Assembly: GCA_964560735.1 (NCBI GenBank)
Contig: CAZLNG010000005.1
Coordinates: 2,246-66,245 of the forward strand
Length of the DNA stretch: 64,000 bases
DNA from: an uncultured Methanosarcinales archaeon
GTDB lineage: Archaea; Halobacteriota; Methanosarcinia; Methanosarcinales; Methanosarcinaceae
Direction of reading: 5' to 3'
A program made the position numbers and the translations under genes. Below, in pieces: positions 60,844-64,000 of this stretch. Under the pieces are notes generated by a model. That model was not told the origin of the DNA. It did no database searches and worked only from the letters and a program-made list of their open reading frames with translations. The stretch's first letter is position 1. Every line of letters begins with the position of its first letter.

Positions 60844-63498
60844 ATGAGTAAAAATAAAGGAGTGAGGGCAACATCCCAATTTGTTGGGTTGCTGCTTTGT
60901 ATAGTATTAATTCAGACCGCATGTGCGACAGAAAATCAAAATCAATTAGCTGTAAATTTCATCGATAATTCAACGTCAGAAAATACAACTATTGAAAATT
61001 CGACAACAGTAAATTTTATAGATCCGTCTTACTATTATGCATATGTAGGTGAGGGATGCAGCACCGAAATAACCGTAAGTTTCACCAATAACGGTGAAGA
61101 AACCCTTTTTTTAAATCCAAAAGTTATAGCTGCGTCTAATACGAACAACATAAATGAAAGCTGGATTAACATATACCCGGCAAATGCAACGGTAGCTCCT
61201 GGCTCAGTACAGTATTTTACAATTGAAGTAAATTTCCCACTGGACTCACCAGGTGGATACTATCAGGGCAAAATAGCCTTCACTGATGACATTGTGCCTA
61301 CTACAGAAGATTACACTGATCCTCAATATGTCAATTCAATGCAACTCGATATCTGGGCCCAAGCTCAGCAGAAAATAGAACTTCAGACAAGTTATATTTC
61401 AGATACTGTAGAAGCTGGAACGGAAAATGAGTATAAGATAAAAGTCAAAAACGTAGCTACAAGAGATATAACAATCAATCCAACATTGAGCAATACATAT
61501 TATAGAGGGTACGAACAGGCATTTGGCAGCGATTCAATAGAAATTTCTGCACCTTCAACTATAAAAGCAGGTGAAATCGCTAACATGACTATACGGGTCA
61601 ATGTTCCTGAAAATGCAACTAGAAACTATTACGGGTATATTGACATGAATGTAAATGGGAATCCTAATAATGGATACCAAACGGGAATAAACCTCTACTT
61701 CAATGTTTGGCAACCGCCTGCTCCCTTTGTGAAGACTTTTTACACCACTACCGATGATCCGATAACAATTGAAGTTTCGGGTGATACATACAGATGGGAT
61801 AATGGGTTGAGTATCTTACAGAAAAAGGATAAACTACCATTTGAACTGGAACTTAAATGTAATTCCAACCCTGTTAATATGACTTTTATTAATTCGTCCG
61901 AAAGCGGCAGCGCCAATATTGAAGAAAACTACTACCCGACATGGGCAGATGAGAGTGGAAAAACTTATAGAAATATTAAAGACCATTACGCTGCAACCTA
62001 TAAGACACGCGGAGAAATAGGAGAATGGGAACTTATCATTCTTCCGAAAGGTGCGAACAGCTTCCAGTATTTGATAAACATACAGAATGGCAATCAAGAA
62101 GAAACATGGAATGTAACCGATGAGAATTTAGCAACAGAAAATTCATCCACTGGAAACGCACCTGATGATAATACATCTACCCCAAGAGATGGACAGGAAT
62201 CGGAAGTACTTATTGCAGACTTCAGTACCAACGTAACAAGTGGTTACGTTCCTCTTACCGTGCAGTTTACAGATAATAGTGCATTAAATGAGCTTCAAAG
62301 CGCCATACCACCGACATTATCTGACGAAGGACAGAATAATAAGACTGATGAACCGGCAAATAAAACATCAGATGGTCAGGAAACCAGTGGTGACGAATAC
62401 TTATACGGCACTGCAAATGTTGAAAGTATACAGGTTATGACACTGGAATCTTTTCCTGTACAAGTACAGGTAGTAGCAGAAGGTTACCTTCCTGACGGCT
62501 GCACTGAAATTGAAGAAATAACTACTGAAAGAGAAGAAAACACCTTCAATATTAAAATTAGTACAAAGCGCCCGAAAGATGCAATGTGTACACAGGCAAT
62601 CGTACCTTTCAGTGAAACAATACCTCTTGAAGTCCAGGGACTGAAAGCTGGAAATTACACTGTGAACGTGAATGGAATAACGGGATCTTTCGAGCTTGCA
62701 GTTGATAATACATTAGATGAGTCTCTAGATGAGTCTCCCAGTCCTGTGCTGCCAGGACAGCAGATAATAACCGAAGCTGACAATGGAACAAGCATTAGTC
62801 TCAAGGAAGGAGAATATTTTACCCTTGAGCTCAGGGAAAATCCTTCCACAGGCTATTCCTGGGAACTTAACCTGAGTGAAGGGCTCAGCATTGTCAGTGA
62901 TAATTACACTCAGGATCCGGCTCCTGAAGGTATGATTGGTGTTTCTGGAACTCATTTATGGGTAATCGAAGCTGTAGCTCCAGGAAACCAGCAGGTAAAC
63001 GGTATATATAAGAGGCCATGGGAGAGTACAACTGGCACGGAAGACAACTTCATACTTAATGTCAATAGTATCTCTTCGAATACAATATCAAGGATCTGGG
63101 ATTTTGAAGACGGATCTACTTCAACCGAGCTGAATCCAGCACACACTTTTACTACAGCAGGAACTTATACTGTTAGTCTGGTAGCAAGCAATGGAAATAG
63201 AACTGCTACAAAAACCGCTACAATAACTGTTCTAGAACAAACACTACCTCCTGTTGCGAACTTCAGCAGCGATGTTACTGAGGGTTATGCTCCCTTAGAA
63301 GTACAGTTTACAGATCTGTCCGAAAATGCAACAGAATGGAACTGGGATTTTGGGGATAGAGTACATTCAAAAATTAAAGATCCTGCACATATATACAGTG
63401 AAGCTGGAAAATATACCGTTAGCCTGACAGTAAAGAATGCAAACGGAATGGACACAGAAAAAAGATCTAAATATATCTCGGTGTCCAAAAGAAAATGA
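60844..63498 (+). CDS. Secreted cell-surface protein with Ig-like domains, PKD domains and a chagasin/I42-like domain
   Basis: Signal peptide; LRENPSTGYSW...YKRPWE; WNWDFGD PKD motif; AAGGAG SD. Confidence 0.9.
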   Translation: MSKNKGVRATSQFVGLLLCIVLIQTACATENQNQLAVNFIDNSTSENTTIENSTTVNFIDPSYYYAYVGEGCSTEITVSFTNNGEETLFLNPKVIAASNTNNINESWINIYPANATVAPGSVQYFTIEVNFPLDSPGGYYQGKIAFTDDIVPTTEDYTDPQYVNSMQLDIWAQAQQKIELQTSYISDTVEAGTENEYKIKVKNVATRDITINPTLSNTYYRGYEQAFGSDSIEISAPSTIKAGEIANMTIRVNVPENATRNYYGYIDMNVNGNPNNGYQTGINLYFNVWQPPAPFVKTFYTTTDDPITIEVSGDTYRWDNGLSILQKKDKLPFELELKCNSNPVNMTFINSSESGSANIEENYYPTWADESGKTYRNIKDHYAATYKTRGEIGEWELIILPKGANSFQYLINIQNGNQEETWNVTDENLATENSSTGNAPDDNTSTPRDGQESEVLIADFSTNVTSGYVPLTVQFTDNSALNELQSAIPPTLSDEGQNNKTDEPANKTSDGQETSGDEYLYGTANVESIQVMTLESFPVQVQVVAEGYLPDGCTEIEEITTEREENTFNIKISTKRPKDAMCTQAIVPFSETIPLEVQGLKAGNYTVNVNGITGSFELAVDNTLDESLDESPSPVLPGQQIITEADNGTSISLKEGEYFTLELRENPSTGYSWELNLSEGLSIVSDNYTQDPAPEGMIGVSGTHLWVIEAVAPGNQQVNGIYKRPWESTTGTEDNFILNVNSISSNTISRIWDFEDGSTSTELNPAHTFTTAGTYTVSLVASNGNRTATKTATITVLEQTLPPVANFSSDVTEGYAPLEVQFTDLSENATEWNWDFGDRVHSKIKDPAHIYSEAGKYTVSLTVKNANGMDTEKRSKYISVSKRK

Positions 63499-64000
63499 AC
63501 TTATAAAATGTGAAAGTAGAGATAATTTTATCTCTCCTTACTTTTCTTTTTTGAGAACTATTCAGTCCATCAAGAATCAGTTAATGATGGTATTTTACAG
63601 TAGCTTTTCCTCAGTCTATGGAGCTCTCTCCGCCGATTTATATAAGCTTGAGAATTAATTTGAAAAAAAAAGTCCACACGGGTCCATTAGAGATTCTTTG
63701 GTATTCTAAAAGAGGTACTTGTAAGGTATGAGCCTTAACATTCTCCTTAGAGGCTGTCTTAAAATTCAAAACATTTCTACAATTGGATATGAGCAATGTT
63801 TACTTTAAAATTCAGACCACAAATTTTTCCGAAATTCAGGTACACTTTGACCTTAAATTTTCCCATATGAGTTACTCATGCTATGTACGAAATCAAACAT
63901 ATTAATACATCATTGTTTGAGATTATACTTTAGATATTTAAGGGCTTAATACTACAGTTTTTCAGTTCGATTACGTAAGTCCTTTCCCAATTATAGAACC

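Noticed and set aside
63745..63775. IS-end-like sequence TAGAGGCTGTCTTAAAATTC
   Set aside because: No convincing partner inverted repeat or transposase within the window.

Overview
Methanosarcina-type (methanogenic archaeon) chromosomal window, judged from the mtbC-mtbB-mtbP dimethylamine genes with an in-frame amber (pyrrolysine) codon, DUF1699/DUF2551-like genes, HisKA_2 kinases and PKD/beta-propeller surface proteins. Two candidate undescribed systems stand out, both with small ORFs absent from the supplied ORF track. (1) A ~9.6 kb putative RiPP cluster (24689-34267) abutting tRNA-Gln. It encodes three radical SAM/SPASM enzymes (one fused to an HPr-kinase-like P-loop domain), a PqqD/RRE protein, a soluble S24/S26-type peptidase, an ABC exporter and a nucleotidyltransferase, plus two paralogous 51/52-aa four-Cys precursor peptides (28291-28446, 28617-28775) with a WxKPxI leader motif. 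(2) A five-gene array of 23-25-aa aromatic/Cys-containing micropeptides (5931-6570), each with its own Shine-Dalgarno-like site, arranged A-B-B-B-A on a 137-bp period and followed immediately by a decayed IS66-family element. The window also holds three large surface proteins (two with a chagasin-like domain inserted inside a PKD domain), a ferredoxin, a tRNA-Leu trio (intact, degenerate, 5' half), a GT4/GH130 operon, PPK2, a likely methylamine-sensing two-component neighbourhood (two paralogous dCache kinases, two response regulators, a wHTH regulator, a PAS-only protein, a PocR kinase) and small MITE-like elements. All family assignments come from motif recognition by eye; no database search was run.
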